From an uncultured Actinomycetes bacterium (GTDB taxonomy: Bacteria; Actinomycetota; Thermoleophilia; RBG-16-64-13): a DNA stretch of 64,000 nt. This document shows positions 1 through 9,875 of this stretch, one piece after another. Each line of letters opens with the position of its first letter. The first letter of the stretch is position 1. The notes beneath the pieces are model-generated. The model saw nothing but the letters and a program-made list of their open reading frames with translations, did not search any database and was not told the DNA's origin. The stretch is taken from assembly GCA_963841735.1 (NCBI GenBank), contig CAWJDT010000005.1, positions 128,001 through 192,000 on the forward strand, in the 5' to 3' direction. The position numbers were made by a program, and so were the translations under genes.

Positions 1-574
1 CATACTGCTCGGGGTTGCCTAGACGCCAGCTGAAGCCCCACATGTGCATGCCGCCCCAGTGCCAGCCCTCCCAGCTGTCTGGGTTGTGGTCGGCATAGGT
101 GAATCCCATCATGTTCATGAAGCGGAAATACGTGCTGTGCCTATAGCCTACGTTGCCCCACATGTGATGCGAACTCGGCGAGGAGAGGATGGCCGCGGGA
201 CCGGACTCTCGCTTGACCCGATTGATCTCGTTCACCAGGAGATCCGTGGCCTCATCCCAGGAGATCTGCTCGTAACCGGAGACGCCCCTGTTCTGGATGT
301 TGCGCTCGCCGTCGGGGTCGAAGTCCACGCGCTTCATGGGGTACGGGATGCGTTTGTCGGAGTAGATCATTGACTTGAATCCGGCCGTGTAAACCGAGAC
401 GCTGGTCTTGCGCGGAGGCGCGAAGGTCCGGCCCCGGGCCTCGATCTTCCAAGACGGCGCATCCACCGCATCGTCCAGGTCCATCGGGGTCATTCTTATG
501 ATCTTGCCGTCTTGAACGTAGACGAAGACCGGGCCGCCGGTTGATGAATTTGTCAGGCGGACTACTTTGCCCAT
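1..574 (-). CDS. athL: Pyrogallol-phloroglucinol transhydroxylase large subunit (Mo-bisPGD, DMSO reductase family), 5' part; runs off the window start
   Basis: Hand translation from ATG at 574: MGKVVRLTNSSTGGPVFVYVQDGKIIRMTPMDLDDAVDAPSWKIEARG...SSHHMWGNVGYRHSTYFRFMNMMGFTYADHNPDSWEGWHWGGMHMWGFSWRLGNPEQY. This closely matches the Pelobacter acidigallici AthL N-terminus as I recall it. AGGAG RBS upstream. Confidence 0.9.
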   Translation of the reverse strand, partial: MGKVVRLTNSSTGGPVFVYVQDGKIIRMTPMDLDDAVDAPSWKIEARGRTFAPPRKTSVSVYTAGFKSMIYSDKRIPYPMKRVDFDPDGERNIQNRGVSGYEQISWDEATDLLVNEINRVKRESGPAAILSSPSSHHMWGNVGYRHSTYFRFMNMMGFTYADHNPDSWEGWHWGGMHMWGFSWRLGNPEQY

Positions 575-963
575 CTTGCCATCTCCTTGTTCTTTGCAGG
601 CCTTGAACCCGCTGTCCCAACTGACTGACTACCTGGAGCTGCCTTCTTCCCCCGTGCCCCATAACCTCCGGTCGTCCGAGTGATCGTGGACTCTCTCATT
701 CTACGACCACTGCATCAATAATCTACGCCGCGCCTCGCGCTGGGTAACGCCGCGTCTGCCCCTTTGACCACGGAATCCCACACTCCGGAACATGTCTCCG
801 CAAAACAGCACATACCCCTCAGGACGAAATCTCTATCGGATCAGGGCCCAGTGCAACGACGCGCGCCCGGAAACAGTGGCCCCCGCCGGCAAATGCCGCC
901 GGGGGCCACGCCACTCTCCGTGCCCGGCCAATCCCCTCCGAGCAAAACCGGACCGCCTGTCAC

Positions 964-1929
964 TTACTGGCGCTCTGCGGCCGGGCCGTACCCCGTACCG
1001 CAGTACGTGTAGGTCCTATCCGGAACGTCGTTGTTGACCTGATCTTCGTCGATCTCGGCTACGCAACGGACCATGGAGCCGTCACCCATGTACCAGCGGA
1101 TCGGGAAGCAGTAGAACCGAAAACGCTTACCGGACACCTTGTCCAAGTCGCCACCGAGGTTCTCGACGCCGACTATGCCGTGACCCAGCATCTGCTTGTG
1201 GCAGGGTTCCCAGGTCCCCTCATTGCCAAGCGCTTCCAGATCCCCGAATTTGGCATCATAAGCGGCCTGGCCATGCACCTTGATGTAAACCGCTTTCTCG
1301 AATTCGGCGTACGCTTCTTCACCGAACTGCTCGGCGTATTCGACCGTGATGGTCTTTCCAGAAGCTCCGGGCAGGTTCATCTGCGGCGGGCCGTTCTTGC
1401 CCATGGCCGTGTGGAGCGGATGATCCAGCGCCTGCATATCCATGGCTACGCACTTCACCTTATGCTTCACAAACCATTTTCCCGCTTCGACGCCGGTACC
1501 GCATGAGTAGTGGTAGTACTCTTTGGAGTCGTCGAACTTGCGGTGCATGCCGGTGTTCAAACACACGACCATGCCCTCGAGCTCCTCAGGCTTGATGCCC
1601 GCGCGCTTGCAGGCATCCTCGAGATGCTCGGGCAGGATCAGACCCCAGCGGCCGATCTTGATCTCAAGACAGATGGCGTCACCTGTGTAGGCGTCGACAG
1701 GCATCTCGTGCGTATAGCGGGCTCTCTTGCCGTCGAATTCGCGCTCCATGACGTGGCGAGGCGCGTCTGCGTGAGTGCCTGTGTGCTGGACACAATCGAT
1801 CCTCTGCGTGAGGACGCCGCCCTTCGCCAAGGTGTGCATCGAGTCGATCACCGGCTTTACGAAATACGGCCACCGAGGAATCTCCGCACTGAATGGATGG
1901 GTCAGGTCGACGAAAACTGTCTTGCCCAT
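964..1929 (-). CDS. Cyclase/kynurenine-formamidase-family metal hydrolase; putative dihydrophloroglucinol cyclohydrolase
   Basis: DLTHP N-terminus, HTGTHADAPRH motif, C-terminal VENL; ATG start at 1929; pathway context. Confidence 0.8.
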   Translation of the reverse strand: MGKTVFVDLTHPFSAEIPRWPYFVKPVIDSMHTLAKGGVLTQRIDCVQHTGTHADAPRHVMEREFDGKRARYTHEMPVDAYTGDAICLEIKIGRWGLILPEHLEDACKRAGIKPEELEGMVVCLNTGMHRKFDDSKEYYHYSCGTGVEAGKWFVKHKVKCVAMDMQALDHPLHTAMGKNGPPQMNLPGASGKTITVEYAEQFGEEAYAEFEKAVYIKVHGQAAYDAKFGDLEALGNEGTWEPCHKQMLGHGIVGVENLGGDLDKVSGKRFRFYCFPIRWYMGDGSMVRCVAEIDEDQVNNDVPDRTYTYCGTGYGPAAERQ

Positions 1930-2026
1930 GTGAATCTTCCGCTCCTTTTTAATCTTGTTGCGACGCACGAGCGCGGAAACGCTCGAATACTCCTCCACCG
2001 ACTTGTGGGGCACCGAGTCGGTTACC

Positions 2027-2989
2027 CTACTTGGCTTCGCTCTCCTTCAGGCGCAGTACCGCCTTGGTCAAGTAGTCGAGCAGATTGGCCCGTAGCGCCT
2101 TCTGCCCTTCGGGTGTCCACTGCTGGAATCCTAAGCCACCGGACTTGAAGCCCAGCTCGCCTTTCTCCACCTTCTCTTTGAGCAGCGGCGAGGGCTCGTG
2201 CGAATCTTCCAGATGCTTGAGCACGTAGTTGTGGATGGATAGGGTGAGATCGAGCCCGACCATGTCCGCGTTCTCCAGAGGCGCGAGCACGGGAAGACGG
2301 AGCCCCGGCCCATACTTGAGACTCTCATCCACCGTAGCCGCGTCGGCGATGCCATGCTCGACGATGGAGATGGCTTCACGCCAGAGGGCGTGCTGCAGCC
2401 GGTTGGCGATGAACCCCGGCACGTCCTTCTTGGCATGCACAGGACGCTTGCCGATGACCCGATGAAGGTCCATGGTGGCGTCGATCACCCACTGGGGCGT
2501 GTCTTTGGTCTGAACAACCTCGACAAGCGGGATGAGGAACGGCGGATTCCACCAGTGAGTGCCCAGGATGCGCTCGCGCCCCTTCGAAGTGCTCGCGATC
2601 TCGGTGGGACTCATCACCGAGGTGTTGGTAGCCAGAATCGCGTCCGGGCCGCACATCTGGTCGAGTTTCTGGAACGTGTCTTGCTTAAGCCCCATATCCT
2701 CGGCCACGCACTCCAGCACGAAGTCGGCATCGGCGGCCGCTTCTTCCATGACCTGCGTTGTGGTCACACGGGCCAGCGTCGGTTCAACGTCTTCGAGTCT
2801 TCCCAGACCGCGCTCAGCCAGAAAAGTCAGGTCGGCCCGCATGCCTTCGACGGCCTTCTCCAACGTCTCGGCTTTCCGGCTGTAGAGCCCTACCGGGTAA
2901 CCGGCGCCGGCGAACACCATGGCGCAGCCATGGCCCATGTTGCCGCCGCCGATGATGGCGATCTTCTTGATGTCTTCGAGTCTTTTCAC
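2027..2989 (-). CDS. 3-hydroxyacyl-CoA dehydrogenase-family protein; putative 3-hydroxy-5-oxohexanoate dehydrogenase
   Basis: GGGNMG Rossmann motif, ATNTS, HWWNPPFLIPLVEVV, PGFIANRLQ. Confidence 0.85.
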   Translation of the reverse strand: MKRLEDIKKIAIIGGGNMGHGCAMVFAGAGYPVGLYSRKAETLEKAVEGMRADLTFLAERGLGRLEDVEPTLARVTTTQVMEEAAADADFVLECVAEDMGLKQDTFQKLDQMCGPDAILATNTSVMSPTEIASTSKGRERILGTHWWNPPFLIPLVEVVQTKDTPQWVIDATMDLHRVIGKRPVHAKKDVPGFIANRLQHALWREAISIVEHGIADAATVDESLKYGPGLRLPVLAPLENADMVGLDLTLSIHNYVLKHLEDSHEPSPLLKEKVEKGELGFKSGGLGFQQWTPEGQKALRANLLDYLTKAVLRLKESEAK

Positions 2990-3765
2990 GATGCCAGCCA
3001 GCCTCCGTCTACGTTTACGATTACGCCAGTCATGAAATCCGACGCGGCCGAAGCAAGAAAGACCGCCACTCCAACAAAGTCATCCGGTACTCCCGCGCGG
3101 CCCCACGGGATGCGAGACATGTGCAGATCATGAAGGGGTTTGTCCTCGAGAACCTGCTTCGTCAGCGGCGTCCAAAAGATGGCGGGGGCGATGCAGTTGA
3201 CGTTGATCTTGTGCTTCGCCCACTCGGTCGCCATCTGCTTGGTCAAAGCGTGGACGGCGCCCTTCGACGTGGTGTACCCGGAATAACCTCCCGGGCTCCC
3301 CTGAAATCCGCGGACCGAGCCGATGGTGATGATCTTGCCCTCTCCACGCTCGACCATTCGGGCACCCACCTTCTGGCAGCATAGGAAGGTGCCCCGCACG
3401 TTGACGTCCTGGATGCGCTGCCACTCTTCCACCGGCATGCGTTCCAGGGGGATACGATTGGCGGTCCCTGCTGTGGTGACCAGGATATCGATGGAGCCCA
3501 GCGCCTCGTTCACTTGGGCAACCATGGCCTCCACGCTCGCCTCGTCGGTCACGTCCGCCGCGATAGCCGCGCTTCTCCGGCCGACAGACTCGATCTCTTG
3601 TTTCACAGGCAGCATGGCCGCCGCCGCGGAGTCGGTCAGGGCCACATCGGCACCATGGACGGCCAGTCCCCTGGCGATCGCCCCGCCGAGCGCTCCGCCA
3701 CCCCCAGTCACGAGAGCGACCTTGCCGCCGAGTTTGAACAAGTCGGCGATCGCTTGAGTAGACAT
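2986..3765 (-). CDS. Short-chain dehydrogenase/reductase, phloroglucinol-reductase-like paralog (acidic beta2 residue, NAD(H)-type)
   Basis: TGGGGALG, YTTSK catalytic motif, NCIAP; ATG at 3765. Confidence 0.85.
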   Translation of the reverse strand: MSTQAIADLFKLGGKVALVTGGGGALGGAIARGLAVHGADVALTDSAAAAMLPVKQEIESVGRRSAAIAADVTDEASVEAMVAQVNEALGSIDILVTTAGTANRIPLERMPVEEWQRIQDVNVRGTFLCCQKVGARMVERGEGKIITIGSVRGFQGSPGGYSGYTTSKGAVHALTKQMATEWAKHKINVNCIAPAIFWTPLTKQVLEDKPLHDLHMSRIPWGRAGVPDDFVGVAVFLASAASDFMTGVIVNVDGGWLAS

Positions 3766-3858
3766 GCGTTCGGATGGCCCCACATCGCCTCTCTTAGTCA
3801 CAAAGGAACATTTCCCCGAGCGAGGACCTTGTGGCCCCCGCCCAGGGAAACAAGTCAA

Positions 3859-4665
3859 TCAACCGCCGACAGTCCCGCCGTCAACAGGCAGGATGGTGCC
3901 GGTGACGAAGTCGGAAGCGGGCGCCGAGAGGTAGAGAGCAGCGCCGATGACGTCGTCGGGGATAGCGGCGCGGCCCCACGGGATCCTCGAGAGGAATATC
4001 TGCTTGAGTTTCTCGTCTTCGAGAACCTGCTTCGTGAGCGGGGTCCAGAAGATGCAGGGGGCGATGCAGTTGACGTTGATCTTGTACTTCGCCCATTCGG
4101 TGGCCAACTGAAGGGTCATCAGATGGACGGCGCCCTTGGAGGTGCCGTACGCGCCGTAGCCCCCGGGATGGCCGGCGAAGCCACGGACCGAACCGACGGT
4201 GATGATCTTGCCAGGGCGTTCGTTCTCGATCATCCACTTGCCGGCCTTCTGGCAAGAGAGCCAGGTGCCGCGTACGTTGATGTCCATGACCTTCTGCCAG
4301 GCGTCAACCGGGAACTGCTCGGCCGGATACCGGTCGGCGATGCCGCCGACGGTGATCATGATGTCGATCTTGCCGAACTGTTCGACCGTCTTGGCGACCA
4401 GGTTGTCGACGCTCGCTTCATCGACCACGTCACAGGCTATGGCCACGGCCTTGCCGCCGCCGCCCAGGGCGTTGATCTCCGCGGCCGTGCTCTCGAGGGT
4501 CGCCATGGTGCGGCCGCTGAGGACCACGTCGGCTCCGTAGAGAGTCAGACCCTTCGCCAACGAATGCCCAAGGAAACCGGCACCGCCGGTGATGACGGCG
4601 GTCTTGCCGGTCAAGTCGAAAAGCTTCTTTACTTGTTCAGGGGAGAAGGGAACTGGATCAGCCAT
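3859..4665 (-). CDS. Short-chain dehydrogenase/reductase, putative phloroglucinol reductase (NADP(H)-type)
   Basis: TGGAGFLG, SGRT after beta2, YGTSK, NCIAP; cluster context. Confidence 0.85.
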   Translation of the reverse strand: MADPVPFSPEQVKKLFDLTGKTAVITGGAGFLGHSLAKGLTLYGADVVLSGRTMATLESTAAEINALGGGGKAVAIACDVVDEASVDNLVAKTVEQFGKIDIMITVGGIADRYPAEQFPVDAWQKVMDINVRGTWLSCQKAGKWMIENERPGKIITVGSVRGFAGHPGGYGAYGTSKGAVHLMTLQLATEWAKYKINVNCIAPCIFWTPLTKQVLEDEKLKQIFLSRIPWGRAAIPDDVIGAALYLSAPASDFVTGTILPVDGGTVGG

Positions 4666-4700
4666 TATTCTTCCTCACACTCCTCGTGTCGCCACTGCGC

Positions 4701-5048
4701 TTAGGTGGTGGGGTAGCCCAGGACCACCATCATGCTTGCCGGGTACTGGGTCTTGTTCTTGATAGAACGGCCCTCCTCGGGGCCGATGAAAATGGAGTCG
4801 TTAGGCTTGAGGACGATGTCCTTGCCATCCTTGTCGGTGATGGTGATCTCACCCGCGATGCAGAAATACGTGGTGTCAAACGGGCGCTTGGGGCTGAACT
4901 CCGCACCGCCGCCGGGCAGGAAATGAGTGCAACCCAGGGAGTGCTGCGTGGTGCCCGTCTCGTCTTTGCCCTGCAGCCTGTAGCACTTGCAGTCAAAATG
5001 CCCCGCTGGTTCGTATTGGGGGGCCTCGCCGATCGATACCTTCTTCAT
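4701..5048 (-). CDS. Cupin-domain protein
   Basis: MKKVSIGEAPQY...HFLPGGGAEF...YFCIAGEITI...LKPNDSIFIGPEEGRSIKN cupin pattern. Confidence 0.75.
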   Translation of the reverse strand: MKKVSIGEAPQYEPAGHFDCKCYRLQGKDETGTTQHSLGCTHFLPGGGAEFSPKRPFDTTYFCIAGEITITDKDGKDIVLKPNDSIFIGPEEGRSIKNKTQYPASMMVVLGYPTT

Positions 5049-5116
5049 TCCTTCACTCCCGTCTCCTGCGACCTCGTCGCGACAGCAACACCAGTATTTC
5101 TTGGGCCGTTCGGCCC

Positions 5117-5944
5117 TTAGCTCTTGGCAGGTAATCCCAGGATCTGGCGAGCTTCCGCCACGGTGGCGACCGGCCGCTTGAACTCGGCCGCCAGCCGCTG
5201 CACCTTCTCTACAAACTCGAAATTGTGCTTCGCGAGTTCGCCCTTGCTCAAATAGACGTTGTCCTCCATGCCCACCCGCACGTGGCCGCCCATGTTCATG
5301 GCCATGGCCGTCATGAGGTTGGCCGTGGGGCCGCAGCCGAACGCCGACCAGGTGGAACCTTCGGGCAGCGACTCGACCAGATACGCCAGGTTCTTCGCGG
5401 TGCCCTCCATGCCGCCGAACACGTGCATGCAGCACTGGAAGTGGATGGGGGCCTTGAGGAACCCGTCCTTGAGGAGCCGCTTGGCGTTCCACACCATGCC
5501 CGCGTCAAAGACTTCCACTTCGGGCTTGATGCCGTTCTCGATGTAGGCCGTGCCGAGCTTCTCGAGGAAGGTGGGGGAATTCAGGAACACGCCCTGATAG
5601 AAGTTCATAGAACCGGCGTCGAAGGTGCCCATGTCAGGTTTGAGCACGGTGTGCGGAAGAATGCGTTCCTCGTCGCTGAAGCCGAGGCCGCCGGATGAGG
5701 TCATGTTGATGATGATGTCGGGGCACTTCTGGCGCACGAGGGTGACTGTCTTCTCGAACCTGTCCAAGGCCATGGTGGGCTTGCCCTCTTCGGTGCGCAC
5801 ATGGATGTGTGCGACAGCGGCACCGGCCTGATAGGCCCCGTAGACTTCTTCGGCGATCTCTTCGGGCTGTGTGGGGAGGTGCGGAGTGTTGTCCTTGGTG
5901 GTCATTGCCCCGGTCGTCGCCACGGTGATGATGAGCTTTTCCAT
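5117..5944 (-). CDS. Beta-keto acid cleavage enzyme (BKACE/Kce family); putative triacetate acetoacetate-lyase
   Basis: LIITVATTGA, AHIHVR, GGHVRVGMEDN motifs. Confidence 0.9.
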   Translation of the reverse strand: MEKLIITVATTGAMTTKDNTPHLPTQPEEIAEEVYGAYQAGAAVAHIHVRTEEGKPTMALDRFEKTVTLVRQKCPDIIINMTSSGGLGFSDEERILPHTVLKPDMGTFDAGSMNFYQGVFLNSPTFLEKLGTAYIENGIKPEVEVFDAGMVWNAKRLLKDGFLKAPIHFQCCMHVFGGMEGTAKNLAYLVESLPEGSTWSAFGCGPTANLMTAMAMNMGGHVRVGMEDNVYLSKGELAKHNFEFVEKVQRLAAEFKRPVATVAEARQILGLPAKS

Positions 5945-6362
5945 TCACAAACCTCCACGTCTTTGTTGCGATTGCAGACCGGCCCGCTCTCTTCGAGCAT
6001 GACAAGCCGTGATGGCTGTGATGCACGGCATATGGAGATGCCGCGCCTCGGACCGCGACTTCATTCTGGGCGGTAAACGAAGTTGGTCTTCACTCTACAC
6101 CATTCCCTAACCCGGCTGAAAGAAACGCCCTTCACCGGCGGGCTCAGCCGACCCCTTTCTACTCACCGGAACCGGAGGCCACTCGACGGAACGCAGAATC
6201 AGCCGACAGACAGAATGCCCACGAGCACCCCCGCGGCGACCTCCACTGCCTCTGCCTCTGCCTTGTCGATCTTGGAGATCCTAAGCCGGCCCTCGCTGGC
6301 TCCGCTCACCGGCGCCGCCTCCTCTTCCCGTTTCACGCCCCACTCCAACCCGCTGGCATGAT

Positions 6363-6368
6363 TATAAT
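6363..6368 (+). promoter_or_regulatory. Candidate -10 element of the tRNA promoter
   Basis: Perfect TATAAT 22 nt upstream of the tRNA in a GC-rich background. Confidence 0.5.
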
Positions 6369-6390
6369 AGGACCCTGCATCATGGATCAG

Positions 6391-6476
6391 GCCGAAGTGG
6401 CGGAATTGGCAGACGCGCTGGACTCAAACTCCAGTGAGGCTCACACCTCGTGCGGGTTCGACCCCCGCCTTCGGCA
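6391..6476 (+). tRNA. tRNA-Leu(CAA)
   Basis: GCCGAAG/CTTCGGC acceptor stem, D-loop GG, anticodon arm CTGGA-CTCAAAC-TCCAG, long variable arm, GGTTCGA T-loop; CCA not encoded. Confidence 0.95.
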
Positions 6477-6671
6477 TCGCCTCTCGCATCCCCGATTGAC
6501 CAACCTCGCTGGAAAGCAGGAATCCGCCGGAGGGCAGGAATCGGATGGAGCCCCGCGAATCCACACAGAGGCGAATGGTCAGACAAACCGCCGGATATCG
6601 TGCCGTATGGGTAGATTCCGACACTCTCTGCTGGTACATATATGGGTATAGAGGAGAAGAGAGGAAGTCTC

Positions 6672-7173
6672 ATGGATGAGAGACACGGAGCCAAAGAGAA
6701 GCGCTATGCGGAACTCGTTGGCGAGAAGCTCCGCAAGATGCGCCAAGAGCGCGGAATGAGCCTGCAAGAGGTGTGCTCACTCTCCGGCGGTTCTTTCGTC
6801 GTCTCGACTCTCAGCGCCTACGAGCGCGGCAAGCGCAGCCTCAGTCTCGAGCGTCTTCACGAGCTGGCCGGCATCTATGGCCAGTCACCCAACTCCCTCT
6901 TGGACATCGACAAACAGCCTGATTTCCAGCGCTCCATCGCCGGCAATACCCCACTCCGCATCAGGCTGGAAAGCCTGGCCAGGCTGAGCCCCGAGGAGCG
7001 GCGTCCGCTCGAGACCTACCTGGACTTCCTGCGTCAGTTGCGCAACGACCCCGCGCTGGACATGCTCACCATCCGCAAGGAAGACCTGACGTATCTGTCT
7101 TCGCTGTATGGCGTGCGGCCGCGAGGCCCTCAAGGACTACTTCGAAAAAGAGGGTGTACTCCTTACCGCGTAG
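6672..7173 (+). CDS. bldD: BldD-like XRE transcriptional regulator (frameshift near 7120)
   Basis: YAELVGEKLRKMRQERGMSL...AYERGKRSLSLERLHELAGIYG HTH; C-domain RNDPALDMLTIRKED = RxD-x8-RxxD; alternative frame ends EALKDYFEKEGVLLTA*. Confidence 0.75.
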
Positions 7174-7973
7174 AGGTACCGTTCGATCTCGGTCAAGGCG
7201 TCGGGCAGTCTCTCTTCGCGGGCAACGATGTCCACCAGCGCACTCCCTATGATGACGCCGTCTGCGTAGCCGGCCACTTCGTCCGCCTGCTCCGCGGTGC
7301 TCACCCCAAAGCCCACAGCAAGAGGCAGGTCGGTGTGGCGCCTGATCCGAGCGACGAACGCGGGAAGGTCCTTCCGCAATGACGACCTGGCTCCCGTGAC
7401 CCCGGTGGTCGACACACAGTAGATGAAGCCGGATGCCGCCGCGGCGATGCGGGCCAGGCGCGCATCGGTGCTCGTCGGAGCCGCCAAAAGGATGACGTCC
7501 ACCCCGTTGGCTCTGGCACAGGCCTGCAGCCCAGCGGCCTCTTCCACCGGCAGGTCCGGCACCACCACGCCCATGACCCCTTGCTCGCCGCACCGGGCGA
7601 AGAAACTCTCCGGCCCCCAAGCCAAGATGTTGTTGAGGTAGCTGAGCAGCACCACCCGGGCACCCTCGCCGGTCGCGGCGCCGGCCAAGTCAAGCACGTC
7701 GGCGGGCCGCACACCCTGCCGCAGAGCTACTTGCGACGCCCCCTGGATCACCGGTCCGTCGGCAAGGGGGTCCGAGAACGGTATGCCGATCTCAACCAGG
7801 TCGGCCCCGCCCTTAAGGTAAGTCCGAACGATCTCAAGACACGAGGCAGGGTCGGGATAACAGCCCACCGCGTAGGGCATGAGCAGAGGGCGCCCGGCCT
7901 CGCGGAACACGGCGGTGAGCGCCGTAGCCCCCGAGTCGCGCTTCGTGGAACCGGTGTCCGGAAGACCACCCAT
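7137..7973 (-). CDS. trpA: Tryptophan synthase alpha chain
   Basis: EIGIPFSDPLADGPVIQ, GVTG, VGFGVS. Confidence 0.95.
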   Translation of the reverse strand: MGGLPDTGSTKRDSGATALTAVFREAGRPLLMPYAVGCYPDPASCLEIVRTYLKGGADLVEIGIPFSDPLADGPVIQGASQVALRQGVRPADVLDLAGAATGEGARVVLLSYLNNILAWGPESFFARCGEQGVMGVVVPDLPVEEAAGLQACARANGVDVILLAAPTSTDARLARIAAAASGFIYCVSTTGVTGARSSLRKDLPAFVARIRRHTDLPLAVGFGVSTAEQADEVAGYADGVIIGSALVDIVAREERLPDALTEIERYLYAVRSTPSFSK

Positions 7974-9150
7974 TACCTCATCCCCAGTGCGTCGGCGACG
8001 CTGTAGACATCCTTGTCACCACGGCCGGAGAGACTCACCACCACCACGTCGGAAGGCGAGAAACCGTGACCACCCCGCAAAAGATAGGCGATGGCATGAG
8101 CGCTCTCCAGGGCGGGGATGATGCCCTCGAGCCGCGAGAGCACCTGGAACGCGTCCAGGGCTTCGGCATCGGTGGCACTGGTGTACTCCACCCGGCCGAC
8201 ATCCTTGAGAAACGAGTGCTCGGGGCCCACCGAGGGGTAGTCCAGCCCGGCTGCCAGCGAGTGCGCTTCCTGGATCTGGCCGTCGGCGTCCTGCAGCACA
8301 TAGGAGAAGGAGCCGTGCAGGATGCCTCCCTTGCCCCGAGCCAAGGAGGCCCCATGCTTGCCCGAGTCCAAGCCCAAACCGGCCGCTTCCACTCCCACCA
8401 TGCGGATCGCGCGCGTCGCCGAGAAACTCGTGGAACATGCCGATGGCGTTGCTCCCGGCGCCGACGCACGCCACCAGCCCGTCCGGCAACCGTCCTTCTT
8501 TGGCCATGATCTGCTCCCGCGTCTCGAGTCCGATCACTGCCTGAAAATCGCGGACCATGGTGGGATACGGAGCCGGCCCGACCACCGAGCCGATGATGTA
8601 GTGAGTGGACTCCACGTTGGCCACCCAGTCGCGGATGGCCTCGTTGGTAGCGTCCTTCAGCGTGCCGCTCCCCGAGGTCACCGGCAGCACCTCCGCTCCC
8701 AGCAAACGCATGCGAAAGACGTTGAGCTCCTGGCGGCGGATGTCCTCCTCGCCCATGTACACATGGCACTCCAACCCGAACAGAGCCGCCACCGTGGCCG
8801 TAGCCACACCGTGTTGCCCGGCGCCGGTCTCGGCGATTATGCGCTTCTTGCCCATGCGCACCGCCAGGAGGATCTGACCGAGGGTGTTGTTGATCTTGTG
8901 AGCACCCGTGTGGGCGAGATCTTCTCGCTTGAGGTACGTGCGGCAACCCACCCGCTCCGAGAGCCGGGTCGCCAGAAACAGCGGAGTCGGCCGGCCGGCG
9001 TAGTCGGTCTGCAGCATGCTGCAGCTCGGCCAGGAAGCCTGGGTCGTCGCGGTAGGTCTCGTAGGCCTGCTCGAGTTCCTCGAGGGCCGAGACCAGAGTC
9101 TCGGGGACGTACCGCCCCCCATAGGGTCCGAAGCGTTGTGGCAGTGTCAC
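7973..9150 (-). CDS. trpB: Tryptophan synthase beta chain (frameshifted)
   Basis: [54 protein letters not shown] across three frames. Confidence 0.93.
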
Positions 9151-9875
9151 TTGAACGGTCCTTCCTGTCGCATCTGTCTAAAGAGCTCCCGCAGGAGCAA
9201 GTGATCCTTGATCCCTGGGGAGGTCTCCACCCCACTCGAGACGTCCACCCCCCAAGCGCCCGATTCGTCCAGGGCCGCCCGCACGTTGTCCGGGGTGATG
9301 CCTCCCGCGACGAGAAGCTGCAGATCCTCCCCCACTTCCACGGCCAGACCTCCAGGGGAAGGCAGTGCCGGTGCCTCCGAATCTCTCCGCTCGTCCCGGT
9401 GTCGAGTAGCACCAGGTCGGCCTGCCCGCGAGCCCTCGCGACCGCCCCCGCGAGCGCCTCTCTGCCGGCTGGACCCGAAACGTCCGTGTCCGGGTCGACC
9501 GGCACCGCCTGGATGATCAAAGCCGTATAGCCCCGTGCAGCGAGCGCGGCCCTTACGGCATCGGCATCCGGTCCCCCGAACCCATGAAGCTGCACTGCGT
9601 CGAGCCCCACCTCTTCCGCCACCTGCGCGATCTCGTCCGGCAGACGAGCCGGCGAAGACCCCTACGGTAAGCGGCACCGGAGCCCCAGCCAGGCCACCGA
9701 CGAGATCGCGGGCCGCCGCCGGCGTCACCCGGCGCGGGCTCGGAGCGAACACGAACCCAAGCGCCCACGCCCCCAGTTCACAGGCCAGCATGACATCCTC
9801 AGGCCTGGTAAGGCCGCAGATCTTCACCACCGGCCCAGGGGCAAGCACGTGCGCTTCGCGGCCCAGGTCACTCAT
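9147..9875 (-). CDS. trpF: Phosphoribosylanthranilate isomerase (compensating frameshifts)
   Basis: [37 protein letters not shown]. Confidence 0.9.
   Translation of the reverse strand: MSDLGREAHVLAPGPVVKICGLTRPEDVMLACELGAWALGFVFAPSPRRVTPAAARDLVGGLAGAPVPLTVGVFAGSSAGRDRAGGGRGGARRSAASWVRGTGCRCRKGRARCTGLYGFDHPGGAGRPGHGRFGSSRQRGARGGGREGSRAGRPGATRHRDERRDSEAPALPSPGGLAVEVGEDLQLLVAGGITPDNVRAALDESGAWGVDVSSGVETSPGIKDHLLLRELFRQMRQEGPFK

Noticed and set aside
6391-6500. tRNA-Leu as an island integration site
   Set aside because: No adjacent integrase and no duplicated tRNA 3' end seen in this window
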